From positions 1 to 45,653 of IMG/VR virus record IMGVR_UViG_3300044498_000033: a stretch of 45,653 bases of DNA; one strand, given 5' to 3'. The stretch comes from a virus. Positions 34,505-42,683 of the stretch are shown here, one piece after another. A program made the position numbers and the translations under genes. The notes below the pieces were generated by a model. It was not told the origin of the DNA, made no database searches, and saw nothing but the letters and a program-made list of their open reading frames with translations. Within the stretch, counting starts at the first letter, position 1. Each line of letters starts with the position of its first letter.

Positions 34505-34779
34505 GCGAGTCCCATCAAATCCGCGAGTGCTTCCACTTCGCTGCGCCGCTGGTGCCGCGCGTTGATCTCGGCCGTCATCGCCAGCGACATCGATTCCATT
34601 GCGCTGGTGATGAACGTTTTGGATGTGTCGGTTTGGAGTTCCTGCCCAGCCGCACGCATCCCCAGCTTCAGCCGGAAGTAGGCCCGCTCGGCGTCTCGGC
34701 GAGACTTCGCCGTCGCGCGCTCGGCGCGGAGATACACCGCCATTGACCGACGGAGCTCAACCTGTGTCGCGCGTTTCAA
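34501..34779 (-). CDS. Hypothetical protein (92 aa, TTG start)
   Basis: TTG 34777-34779 preceded by GAAGGAGG and overlapping the upstream TGA (TTGA). Confidence 0.5.
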   Translation of the reverse strand: MKRATQVELRRSMAVYLRAERATAKSRRDAERAYFRLKLGMRAAGQELQTDTSKTFITSAMESMSLAMTAEINARHQRRSEVEALADLMGLA

Positions 34780-35033
34780 GCCGCCTCCTTCGTGCTCTCG
34801 CACTCTCTGCACACCCACACAGGCTCTAGCCACATCGGCCGACCCGGCAGCACCAACGGCCTTTTCACTTCCCGTGCCTGACTCACCGGACGGAACCGAT
34901 CACAGGCCACGCACCGCACGTGCCGCTCGCTCAGCTGATGCCGCCGCGAGTCCTTGTGCAAGTAATAAGCGGCATACACCAGGGCGACTGAGAAGCCGCA
35001 CGCCATCGCGCCGAGTAACTGAAGCCCAGTCAT
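34776..35033 (-). CDS. Membrane-anchored Cys4 protein (85 aa)
   Basis: Start reassigned to ATG 35031-35033 (ATGA); LLGAMACGFSVALVYAAYYL TM; CVAC...CREC. Confidence 0.55.
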   Translation of the reverse strand: MTGLQLLGAMACGFSVALVYAAYYLHKDSRRHQLSERHVRCVACDRFRPVSQAREVKRPLVLPGRPMWLEPVWVCRECESTKEAA

Positions 35034-35311
35034 GCCGCCCTCCGCCACGCCTTCACTAACGCCACGGCCCGCTCCGCGGATGTCACGTAGATCACCGGCC
35101 AGCCTTCCGCGTCGAGCTTCTGCTGCGTCTTGGTCCGCGTGATCCGACCCGCCTTCGACTTCGGCGTCTTGCAATCGACCAGGCTCAGCACGCCGTTCTC
35201 CAGCACCAACAGGTCAATCGCGCCGTTGAGTTCCAGCACGAGACAACCGAGATCGCGGAAGGCGTCACGCACCTCCGCGTGCGTCGTGTCGCGTCGAGCG
35301 GCGCGCCTCAT
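35030..35311 (-). CDS. VRR-NUC-like PD-(D/E)xK nuclease
   Basis: HAEVRDAFRDLG..IDLLVLENGVLSLVDCK..RITRTKTQQKL..GWPVIYV pattern. Confidence 0.55.
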   Translation of the reverse strand: MRRAARRDTTHAEVRDAFRDLGCLVLELNGAIDLLVLENGVLSLVDCKTPKSKAGRITRTKTQQKLDAEGWPVIYVTSAERAVALVKAWRRAA

Positions 35312-35676
35312 CGCATCCGCCTCCGCTCCACCGCCGCCCTCACCTTCGCCTTGAACTCCGCCAACTTCTCCGCCGATACGAACTCACCCGCAGGCGGCGC
35401 CAACAGCCGCCGACTCTCCGCCTCGTTCTGCTCATGCCGCTGGATGGTCCGACACCGCCCCAGAATCGTGCCCAAGGACGGCATCGCCGGTTCGCCCTCC
35501 TGCCGCTCACTTCGCCCGATCTCGTCGCACACGCGCTCGAACAGCCTGAGCGGCACCAGTGACAACGCCTCGTCCGCGATGTACGTCTTGAGCGTCTCCC
35601 GCCCCACCGCCGCCTGACGGCGTACCGCCAACTTTGCCAGGGCGTTCATCCGCAGAATCGACTCGTCAACGGCCAT
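35308..35676 (-). CDS. Hypothetical protein (122 aa)
   Basis: ORF track. Confidence 0.55.
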   Translation of the reverse strand: MAVDESILRMNALAKLAVRRQAAVGRETLKTYIADEALSLVPLRLFERVCDEIGRSERQEGEPAMPSLGTILGRCRTIQRHEQNEAESRRLLAPPAGEFVSAEKLAEFKAKVRAAVERRRMR

Positions 35677-36079
35677 ACCGCCTCATCGCGTCCAACTCGT
35701 CCAGCGCCGCCTGCGCTTCAATCACCGTCTGCGCGCCCTTGTCCACCGGCCGTTCCCGGAGCGGCACCACGTTCCGCATCTGCGGCCGATCCACCGACCG
35801 CGTAAGCCACGCCGCCAGAAACTTCGGCATCCCCTTAGCCGTCTTTCGCCGGGCCAAATCCGCCAGAATCCAGATCCGCGCCTTGCGGCATTCCCCCAGC
35901 ACATCCAAGTTCGGAAAGCCCTCTTGCCAGTCGTCGAGCTGCGCCTGGGTCAACGCCCATTCCTGCGGCCCTGCGGTCATCCCGCCGACTGTCGGGAACA
36001 GCAGCACGGCTGGACCCGTGACGACGAGCGCCTGCGGCATCTTCTGTCCACACGTCGGGCATCTGTCGTGAGCCATCAA
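35666..36079 (-). CDS. Hypothetical protein with N-terminal CxxC (possible replication/recombination-associated)
   Basis: CPTCGQ; WALTQAQLDDWQEGFPNLDVLGECRKARIWILA..RRKTAKGMPKFLAAWLTR pattern seen in phage early proteins; AGGGAG upstream. Confidence 0.5.
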   Translation of the reverse strand: MMAHDRCPTCGQKMPQALVVTGPAVLLFPTVGGMTAGPQEWALTQAQLDDWQEGFPNLDVLGECRKARIWILADLARRKTAKGMPKFLAAWLTRSVDRPQMRNVVPLRERPVDKGAQTVIEAQAALDELDAMRRYGR

Positions 36080-36222
36080 CCTTGACTCCCTCGCTGCCTG
36101 GATTTCTCTCGATCTGCTTCAGTGTTCGATCAGATACACGGATTCCCCCGCCCCGGCTCCGGCTCTGGGCTGATACCCAAGAAGCAAGATCACGAGACCA
36201 CTCCCTGACTACGAGACCGTAG

Positions 36223-37023
36223 CTATCCAGCCGATCGGATCGCTGCGTTCACCTCGTCGGCGCGGCCTTCTTGCGTTCGTCGTACCAGCCGCGGCCGTGT
36301 CGCAACAGGCATCAGCCCGTCACCGTCACCGGACCCAGGTATAGGGGAATCCTTGAAGCTCTCCCTAGGCGTCTGCGCGCCAGCGGTGCGCCAGTCCGTG
36401 TAATCCCATCCGGCTTTGCCGTGGTTACAGACCTCGCACAAGACCTGAAGATTCGCCTCTACGAGCGCGAGTTCAGGAAAACGCCGTCGCGGCTTAATGT
36501 GATCAACGTGAATCGTGATGCCGTCCTTCGGACTGGCCCCGCAGCACTCGCACCGATTGCCGCGCTTCACCAGCACGACCATCCGGAGCTGCCGCCATTG
36601 GAAACTTCTCAGGAAAGCGTCCGTCGTTGGATCGGGTGCCTCGGACTTATTGGAATTGAATCGGTGCGGCCGGCCCTGGCGCTTCTGCTTCTTGCCGCGC
36701 TGGCGATCGACGGTACGCCGCCACTCGCGGCGGTTCTTCGGGTCGCTCTCGAAGAACGCGCGGAACACGAGGTACGCCGCGTCTCGGTCCCTCGGCTCAG
36801 GCATCCCAACCGCCTCGGCAACAATCGCCCCGAGCTGCAGCAACGGCAGATGGCCTCCGCCGAACTCGTGGCAGGCGTAGCGGTAGTAATGGCCTCGCTT
36901 GCGTGGTTTACCGTCTCTCACCGCTGTCTCCGCTCCATTCAGTTGCCCCGATTGGCCGACCGCTCGGGGCCACACGGTTTCCGTCCTGCACAACCCCGCG
37001 CACCCCTGCACGGGGAAGATCAA
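36223..37023 (-). CDS. HNH endonuclease (McrA-like)
   Basis: CECCGASPKDGITIHVDHIKPRRRFPELALVEANLQVLCEVCNHGK; start uncertain. Confidence 0.85.
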   Translation of the reverse strand: MIFPVQGCAGLCRTETVWPRAVGQSGQLNGAETAVRDGKPRKRGHYYRYACHEFGGGHLPLLQLGAIVAEAVGMPEPRDRDAAYLVFRAFFESDPKNRREWRRTVDRQRGKKQKRQGRPHRFNSNKSEAPDPTTDAFLRSFQWRQLRMVVLVKRGNRCECCGASPKDGITIHVDHIKPRRRFPELALVEANLQVLCEVCNHGKAGWDYTDWRTAGAQTPRESFKDSPIPGSGDGDGLMPVATRPRLVRRTQEGRADEVNAAIRSAG

Positions 37024-37024
37024 A

Positions 37025-37351
37025 CTAGCCGTCCCAGGTCTTGCCCGTCTCGGTGTTCTCGAATGTCACGCGGGAATCCGCGTTGCCCGTGATGACCAGC
37101 ACGCGCTTGACGTGCCGCAGGTTGTGGCATTCTCGGCAGATCAGAATCACGTTCGAGCTGTGTTCCGCATTCCGAATCTGCCGGCCGCGGATGTGGTGAT
37201 GCTCCACGCCTGGCCGGCCGCACGCGCGGCAGCGGTAGCGATCGCGCACGTTCACCAGCCGGTAGGCGTGCGCCCGGTCGCGGGTCTTGTTCCGCTGCTT
37301 CTGCGCCTTGTCGTCGTGAATGGTCCGCATGGCGCTGCGTAAGAGGCTCAC
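37025..37351 (-). CDS. HNH endonuclease (small)
   Basis: CRACGRPGVEHHHIRGR..HSSNVILICRECHNLRH. Confidence 0.75.
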   Translation of the reverse strand: MSLLRSAMRTIHDDKAQKQRNKTRDRAHAYRLVNVRDRYRCRACGRPGVEHHHIRGRQIRNAEHSSNVILICRECHNLRHVKRVLVITGNADSRVTFENTETGKTWDG

Positions 37352-37821
37352 GCCGGCACCGCCTCACGCGCCTGCCGCTTGCGCTCTTTCTCTTTGAGTT
37401 CTTTGTATTCGTTCGGCGCGATGAGCACGACCCCGCACTCGGCCCCGATGTCTAGCGTCCGCTCGATGAGTTCGCGGTACTGCGCACGGTTCAGCTTCGA
37501 CGTGTGCGGTTCACGGAGCACCATCGTGACTTCCCCGGTGATCGGATTGGTGTGCTCCTGCTCGCCGAAGATCGCGCGGAGCAGATCCCGCTTCAGGTCG
37601 TCAATCCGGTGGCCTTCATCGCGCGCCCAGGGCGCGATCATGGAATGGAATCCGCATTCTTGGGATCGCGTTTTCGCGTGGCCTTGCGGCGCCACGATCA
37701 CGTCGATGCACTGTCCGGCCAGTTTCCGCCTACAGTAGGCTCGCTGCTGTTCAGGGAAGTCCAACCTGATACGGCCTTCGCCATCGACGCGCCCGACGAA
37801 CACCGCTTGATCTCGGCTCAT
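37348..37821 (-). CDS. NinB/Orf-like recombination mediator (tentative)
   Basis: Start at ATG 37819-37821 (ATGA); RSQECGFHSMIAPWA..LKRDLL..EPHTSKLNRAQYRELIERTLDIGAECGVVL resembles the NinB layout. Confidence 0.4.
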   Translation of the reverse strand: MSRDQAVFVGRVDGEGRIRLDFPEQQRAYCRRKLAGQCIDVIVAPQGHAKTRSQECGFHSMIAPWARDEGHRIDDLKRDLLRAIFGEQEHTNPITGEVTMVLREPHTSKLNRAQYRELIERTLDIGAECGVVLIAPNEYKELKEKERKRQAREAVPA

Positions 37822-38354
37822 TGCGCGGCCTTTCTGGCTTGCCACCATGCGAAATAGACAGCCTTACAAGCGCGGCAGAGCGTCTGGTTTCCCCTGTTGA
37901 AGGCAGAAAAGGGCTTCACTGTGTTGCACTTTCGGCAGACCGACTCGGTATTTGGGTTTCCGCCGGCACGCAGAACGCGCGCGCGTGTGTGCAGTAGGTG
38001 GTGGTACTTCTGGTCCTGACAAATCACTAGGTTGATGTTCGCGTTGTTGCGGCGATTCTCGTCAAGGTGATGCACTTGAGCGCCAGCAGGCAGAGGCTTC
38101 CCGAGAGCCCGCCCCGCGATCAGGATGTGCTCGAGCACTGAACCGTGCTTACTGCCTTGCACACGCTGGCGCCGGTAAACCGTGGCCTCGCGAGTGATGC
38201 GACGGTTATGGCCAGGGACAAACCTGAACGGCTGGCCCTTGACGTAGCCCATCCGTTTCCAATTGCGCGGGCTGATCGCTGTCTTGTGACCGCAACCGCA
38301 CTGACACAAGCCCGCGTCAATGGTCGCCGGAAAGACCGCTTGATCCTGGCTCAT
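37818..38354 (-). CDS. HNH endonuclease (HNH_3-like)
   Basis: CQCGCGHKT..FVPGHNRR..QVHHLDENRRNNANINLVICQDQKYHHLLH; start at ATG 38352-38354. Confidence 0.8.
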   Translation of the reverse strand: MSQDQAVFPATIDAGLCQCGCGHKTAISPRNWKRMGYVKGQPFRFVPGHNRRITREATVYRRQRVQGSKHGSVLEHILIAGRALGKPLPAGAQVHHLDENRRNNANINLVICQDQKYHHLLHTRARVLRAGGNPNTESVCRKCNTVKPFSAFNRGNQTLCRACKAVYFAWWQARKAAQ

Positions 38355-38803
38355 CAGAATCCGGCGTCGTCGCCGCCCACGTCGCCCCATCCATCGGCTG
38401 AGCCGTTCGCCTGTGGCTTGAATGTCCCAGACCTGAGCCTCGCCGCCCAGCCTCGCGCTCTCGCCGCGTCCTGGCGCTTGTAGGGCGCCACAGGCTTACC
38501 GGCGGTGGTTGTCTCGCCCGACTTCTCCGCCTTGTCCGCGAAGTAGTCGAACGTCTCGGCCAGCATGTCGAGGAAGTCCACCGGGCACTGCGAGAACTTC
38601 AGGCCCTTGCACTCCTGGCCGTGCCAGTCGCGCGGGTGGAACTTCACAACCGGATCGCCATACTTGCCATCCAGATCACGGTCCGGTGCGGGGGCGGACG
38701 ATGAGGCCGCCGCTCCCCCGCCACGCTTTTGGCGCGCGATCAACACCAGCTCCTTGAGCGAATTGTCAATCGACCGGAGCACTTGGAGCACTTCGACGGA
38801 CAT
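38354..38803 (-). CDS. Hypothetical protein with acidic C-terminal ...GGDDAGF tip
   Basis: DRDLDGKYGDPVVKFHPRDWHGQECKGLKFSQCPVDFLDMLAE; sits next to the recombinase gene. Confidence 0.6.
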   Translation of the reverse strand: MSVEVLQVLRSIDNSLKELVLIARQKRGGGAAASSSAPAPDRDLDGKYGDPVVKFHPRDWHGQECKGLKFSQCPVDFLDMLAETFDYFADKAEKSGETTTAGKPVAPYKRQDAARARGWAARLRSGTFKPQANGSADGWGDVGGDDAGF

Positions 38804-40257
38804 TACGCGGCCACCTCTCTGGACTCTTCGATCTCTTCCTTGGTGTAGATGCCGTGAACGACGTCCGGGTAGACCAGTCGGGCCAGCTTCGAGCCGGCGC
38901 GGGCGACCAGCATGTCGGCCGGGTTCTTCTCCCAGCCGCTTTTCGCCTTCACGAGCCCGGCGGCTGTCGCCTCGAGCAGTGTGTAGGTCAGTGCCATCTC
39001 GGGCTCCCCGACGCGCTTGGTCACGAACGTGGCCTTCTCGGCGGTGCGTTCGCTGCAGCGGAAGTACTCCGCCTTGCCTGACCGGAGAATCAGCGCCCGG
39101 ATAAGATCCGCCGAGAGCGTCGGCTTGCCTTCCACGATGTGAATCGCGCGGAGTGAGGCCATCGCCTGGAGGCCGAGTTCACGGCCGGCGATGAGCGTTG
39201 ACAGCACCGCCTGCGGGGTGCCGTAAGCGGAGAACAGCCTTGACTCGAACATGATCTTGGCGAGTTGAATCGAGTCCTTCATCGACCTTGGCTCAAGCTG
39301 CTTCTCCCACTCGGCCGGTGCGCCGTTGACGACTTCCGGCTCATGCACGGTCATCGCGGTCGGAGGAACCGGCTGGGGAGTCGGTTCGGCCGCGGCGTGG
39401 ACGGTTTCGGGCTGTTCGACTACGGTGTCCATATCAGTCTCCTCGTCGCCAAAGTCGAAGGACTCAATCGCCTTCGGCTGGCGCGTCTCGAAAATCTGCT
39501 GAAAAGGAAGCTCCACATCCGTGCGGAGCGTGATGAGTTCGCGCGTCTGCGGGTAGACCGGCTCGAACTCCTTGAGCGACGTGACGAGGCCGGGCGTCAT
39601 CTTGAGCGAGACGGTGCCGACTTCGCGCATGTCCCGATACATCTGGTCGATCGACCCGAACCGCTCGAGCAACTCGGCGGCCTTCTTCTGGCCGATACCC
39701 TTGGCGCCCTTCACGTTGTCCGAGGAATCCCCGACGAGCGTCAGGTAATCGCGCATCTGTGACGGGCGGACGGAGAACTTCGCCTGCACCGCCGCCACGT
39801 CCAACGTGGAGCCGTCCCGAACCGAGATCGCTCTGACTCGCTCCCCGACGAGCTGGAGCAGATCCTTGTCGGCCGACACGATGGCGACCGTCGCCTCGGG
39901 GTCGGTGAGCGCCTGGACCGTGGCCGACGCGATGAGGTCGTCCGCCTCGAAGCCCTTGACGGTCCACACGGGGAACCCGTCGCCTTCGAGGATTTCTCGG
40001 GCCAACGTGATCTGGTGCTGCAGCGTGGCGTCGGACTCTGGCCGGTTCGCCTTGTAGGTAGGGCTCAGTTCGTGGCGGAAGGACTTACCCTTGTCGCAGC
40101 AGATGGCGACATGCGGCTGGCCGGAGGCAATCGACCGGATGCGCGCGACGATCTTCTGTGAGGCCGCGTTCGGATCGGCTTCCGCCCCGCACATGTGCCA
40201 GATGGGATGCGCGATCGATGACAGGTCCACGAGGATGATGTCGCGCACGACTACCAC
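38803..40257 (-). CDS. Fusion protein: FEN-type 5'-3' exonuclease (N-terminal) plus RecT-like single-strand annealing domain (C-terminal)
   Basis: N-terminal: VDLSSIAH, YKANR, FEADDLIA, SADKDLLQL, LVGDSSDNVKGAKGIGQKKA. C-terminal: GRELGLQAMASLRAIHIVEGKP..LILRSGK..SGWEKNPADMLVARAGSKLARLVYPDVVHGIYTKEE. Confidence 0.7.
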   Translation of the reverse strand: MVVVRDIILVDLSSIAHPIWHMCGAEADPNAASQKIVARIRSIASGQPHVAICCDKGKSFRHELSPTYKANRPESDATLQHQITLAREILEGDGFPVWTVKGFEADDLIASATVQALTDPEATVAIVSADKDLLQLVGERVRAISVRDGSTLDVAAVQAKFSVRPSQMRDYLTLVGDSSDNVKGAKGIGQKKAAELLERFGSIDQMYRDMREVGTVSLKMTPGLVTSLKEFEPVYPQTRELITLRTDVELPFQQIFETRQPKAIESFDFGDEETDMDTVVEQPETVHAAAEPTPQPVPPTAMTVHEPEVVNGAPAEWEKQLEPRSMKDSIQLAKIMFESRLFSAYGTPQAVLSTLIAGRELGLQAMASLRAIHIVEGKPTLSADLIRALILRSGKAEYFRCSERTAEKATFVTKRVGEPEMALTYTLLEATAAGLVKAKSGWEKNPADMLVARAGSKLARLVYPDVVHGIYTKEEIEESREVAA

Positions 40258-40775
40258 CCCCGGCCGTGCGCGAGGCCGTCGTAGTACTGCGCCTCAGTGG
40301 CCCGAATCTCGCTGATCCGCAAGCACTGCTCGACTTCGCCCTCGGTCAGCTCGTCCACTTCCGTCATCGCGTCGGCCGCGAGTCGCGCCATGAACTCGGA
40401 CTCCGCTGCGGCCAGTCCCTTCATCACGGCATCGGCTTCCTTCCAGTGCCGCTCGGCGTCCAGCGCCGTGCAGTTCCGAATCGCCGGGGCGATGTAGGCG
40501 TAGAAGAGATCCAGGCGGGAGAGCCGCAGAGACGCGCTGATGGGAATCAGCAGCGACCCGTCCTCCTGCATCCGCGGCGCCACGTCGCTCACCTCACGCC
40601 CCACGCGCCGGCAGATGAGCCCGTAGGCCGTGAAGAAGTCCTTCACCGAGCCGCGCTCGGCGTACCAGAAGAAATCCCCCACGAGCCGCATCGCCTGCGC
40701 GACTGGCTGATGGGCCGTCACCGCGAAGCCGTTCGGCCAGTGCGTTCTGATTTCCATGCTAGAATTGGTCTGCAT
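40251..40775 (-). CDS. Hypothetical protein (174 aa)
   Basis: ATG preceded by TTAAGGAGACGAACG (strong SD). Confidence 0.65.
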   Translation of the reverse strand: MQTNSSMEIRTHWPNGFAVTAHQPVAQAMRLVGDFFWYAERGSVKDFFTAYGLICRRVGREVSDVAPRMQEDGSLLIPISASLRLSRLDLFYAYIAPAIRNCTALDAERHWKEADAVMKGLAAAESEFMARLAADAMTEVDELTEGEVEQCLRISEIRATEAQYYDGLAHGRGW

Positions 40776-40790
40776 CGTTCGTCTCCTTAA

Positions 40791-40820
40791 GGGCCGCCGT
40801 CACGCGGCCCTGTTCTTTTT
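40791..40820. terminator. GC hairpin (7-bp stem) with a T-run on the plus strand only
   Basis: gggccgc-cgtcac-gcggccc followed by tgttcttttt on the plus strand; on the minus strand it sits between a mini-ORF stop and the next SD. Confidence 0.35.
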
Positions 40821-40990
40821 CAACTCACCCGCTTCTGCCGCCAGTCGCGCACATACGCGGCGTTGGCGTCTCGGCATTCCCGACAGCGACATCGCCGCCG
40901 ATACGTCGCCCGCTGCCCGTGCGGGCCATCCTCTGGCGGTCGCGCTTTCCTCCGCCACTTCGGTTGTTTCTCCCAACCGGCTGCAAACAA
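40820..40990 (-). CDS. 56-aa Cys-rich mini-protein (not in the ORF track)
   Basis: TTG directly after the Xis-like TGA; (M)FAAGWEKQPKWRRKARPPEDGPHGQRATYRRRCRCRECRDANAAYVRDWRQKRVS; the HG..TY..CRC..C..A..Y motif is common in high-GC phage proteins. Confidence 0.4.
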   Translation of the reverse strand: MFAAGWEKQPKWRRKARPPEDGPHGQRATYRRRCRCRECRDANAAYVRDWRQKRVS

Positions 40991-41194
40991 TCAGGCGCTC
41001 CGCTGTCGGCGGCCGAGCGGCGAACCTTCCTCCGCCCACGCTTCAATCCGGCTCGAGACGTAGCGGCGAATCCCAATCGGCCGGGCCGCTTCGCAGCACT
41101 TGAAGTGCCCGCGCGACTGGTAGCGGTGGAACGTGGACTTCTTCAGTCCGAGCCGCTGCATCACTTCGGCCGGTGTGAGCAGTCGGTCGCTCAT
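40991..41194 (-). CDS. AlpA/excisionase-type HTH protein
   Basis: LLTPAEVMQRLGLKKSTFHRYQSRGHF...RRYVSSRIEAW. Confidence 0.6.
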   Translation of the reverse strand: MSDRLLTPAEVMQRLGLKKSTFHRYQSRGHFKCCEAARPIGIRRYVSSRIEAWAEEGSPLGRRQRSA

Positions 41195-41445
41195 GCCACC
41201 GCCTCAGCCTTCTGGCACCAGACCAGCCGCCGCCGCTGGCAGACCGTCACGAGGTCGCTACCGAAGCCGTCTTTGCGAAGCTGGTTCCTGGCAGCGTTGG
41301 AGACTTGAATCGCCCGCGTGGTCGTGTCGAGCGCCACGACGCCGCCGGAGATCAGCGTCTCCAAGACGGCTTTCGTCTCGGGGTGCTGCTTACGCCCGCC
41401 CGCGTGGATGCGCGTGCCCCGGTTTACCTTGAAGCGGGGCATCAT
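41191..41445 (-). CDS. Hypothetical protein (84 aa)
   Basis: Start reassigned to ATG 41443-41445 (ATGA overlap). Confidence 0.5.
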   Translation of the reverse strand: MMPRFKVNRGTRIHAGGRKQHPETKAVLETLISGGVVALDTTTRAIQVSNAARNQLRKDGFGSDLVTVCQRRRLVWCQKAEAVA

Positions 41446-41876
41446 TCGCTCACCACCGTCAGCGTCACGAGTTCGTGAATCGCGGCAAACAGCCGATCCA
41501 GCACGATCTGCCGCTGCTGCTCTTTGGAGATGCCGAACTTCTTGGCGACGATGCGCGCCAAGGCCGCGCGGTAGTCGAAGGGCTGCGCGTCCAGCCACGA
41601 CACCGAGAAGTGCTTCTGTCCGCTCATCGCCGCTGAGAACTGGCCGAGGTTGACATCGGCGTTCAGCGCCATTTCCTTCTGGCTCATCCCGCAGAGAATC
41701 CGCGCCTCGTCAATCAGCGCCAGAAACGGGTCCGTGGGCACGGTGGGATTCACCCCGGTTTGCTCGGGCGGTAAACCGGGGTGAACTTTCGCCGGGCGCG
41801 GATGGACGTCCTGTAAACGCTGGTAGGGCGTTCTGACGTGCGATGACCGAAGGGCGGGCGACATGCTGGGGGCCAT
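41442..41876 (-). CDS. HTH DNA-binding regulator
   Basis: ILCGMSQKEMALNADVNLGQFSAAMSGQKHFSVSWL helix-turn-helix pattern; the N-terminal about 50 aa is uncertain. Confidence 0.55.
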   Translation of the reverse strand: MAPSMSPALRSSHVRTPYQRLQDVHPRPAKVHPGLPPEQTGVNPTVPTDPFLALIDEARILCGMSQKEMALNADVNLGQFSAAMSGQKHFSVSWLDAQPFDYRAALARIVAKKFGISKEQQRQIVLDRLFAAIHELVTLTVVSE

Positions 41877-41883
41877 GGATGCC

Positions 41884-42378
41884 TCAACGCTCAGTGATGT
41901 GGTCGTGCTCCGGACGCTCCAGATTGCTCGGCTGACTCGGCGGTTGCGCCGCGCCAGCGTGGCGCTTCGTGACAGCTTGGATGCCTTGTGTGACGCGTCG
42001 GTAGTAGGCGGTTTGGCTCAGCCTGTGGCATTCACGGCACTGCGAGTGCGGCCGATTCCAAAACAGGCTCCGGGGATGCCCATGACGGCAGGCGGTTCGT
42101 CGCTCGACCGCCCGGCGCCTGTTCTCGCGCTCGGTGACGGCCTCCAGATGAATCGGATTAACGCAGAGGATGTTGGCACAGAGGTGATCGATTTGCAGAC
42201 CGATCGGGATAGGCCCGACGAACCAGGAGTACGCCAATCGGTAGGCGGCTCCGCCCCCGAAGTGGGCATAGCCTTTCCCGTTGACGCATCCGCGCCAGTT
42301 CCAGCACGTGGGCGTGAACTCCACGTAGCCGAAGAACCTCGCTAAGCGATCCCGGTTGAGCCTAAAGTGGGGAACCAT
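41884..42378 (-). CDS. HNH endonuclease (homing-type)
   Basis: CWNWRGCVNGKGYAHF..AYRLAYSWFVGPIP.GLQIDHLCANILCVNPIHLEAVTERENRRR. Confidence 0.85.
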   Translation of the reverse strand: MVPHFRLNRDRLARFFGYVEFTPTCWNWRGCVNGKGYAHFGGGAAYRLAYSWFVGPIPIGLQIDHLCANILCVNPIHLEAVTERENRRRAVERRTACRHGHPRSLFWNRPHSQCRECHRLSQTAYYRRVTQGIQAVTKRHAGAAQPPSQPSNLERPEHDHITER

Positions 42379-42381
42379 ATT

Positions 42382-42645
42382 TCACGCGCCCTGAACGGGC
42401 GACTCCACGGTGGCCGGCGACTGGCGCTTCGTGCGCTGAACGCGCTCCGGCTTGCGCACCCAGATCCCGGTGAGCAAATGGATCTCATCTCGGACGTCGG
42501 CCACCATCGGTCGCTTCCCGGACAACATCAGCGACAAGTAACTCCGGCTCACGGCGACCTGCTCGGCCAGCCATGCGAAATCACGGCGCCGCCGTTTCAG
42601 CCAGTGCGCCAATTGCTGCCGGTCAGGCGAGTGTTCGACGGTCAT
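42382..42645 (-). CDS. XRE/Cro-like HTH regulator, first gene of the minus-strand array
   Basis: FAWLAEQVAVSRSYLSLMLSGKR; no SD upstream (see promoter feature). Confidence 0.6.
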   Translation of the reverse strand: MTVEHSPDRQQLAHWLKRRRRDFAWLAEQVAVSRSYLSLMLSGKRPMVADVRDEIHLLTGIWVRKPERVQRTKRQSPATVESPVQGA

Positions 42646-42654
42646 GAGAACTAG

Positions 42655-42683
42655 ACACTACGCCCACATCGGCCTGCTGTCAA
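42655..42683 (-). promoter_or_regulatory. Candidate sigma70-type promoter for the Cro-like gene
   Basis: Minus strand: TTGACA, 17 nt, TAGTGT, then 9 nt (ctagttctc) to ATG 42645. Confidence 0.4.

Noticed and set aside
36080-36222. Direct repeat GGTCTCGT x2 and a possible promoter in the 143-nt gap upstream of 35666..36079
   Set aside because: The repeats are only 8 nt and no clear -35/-10 pair is visible. This is too weak to call without transcript mapping.
40800-41076. ORFs 40800..41039 and 40825..41076 in the gap below the Xis-like gene
   Set aside because: Both translate to Arg/Ala/Gly-rich sequences without motifs. The third frame, with the CRCRECR motif and a start abutting the upstream stop, is the more credible coding frame.
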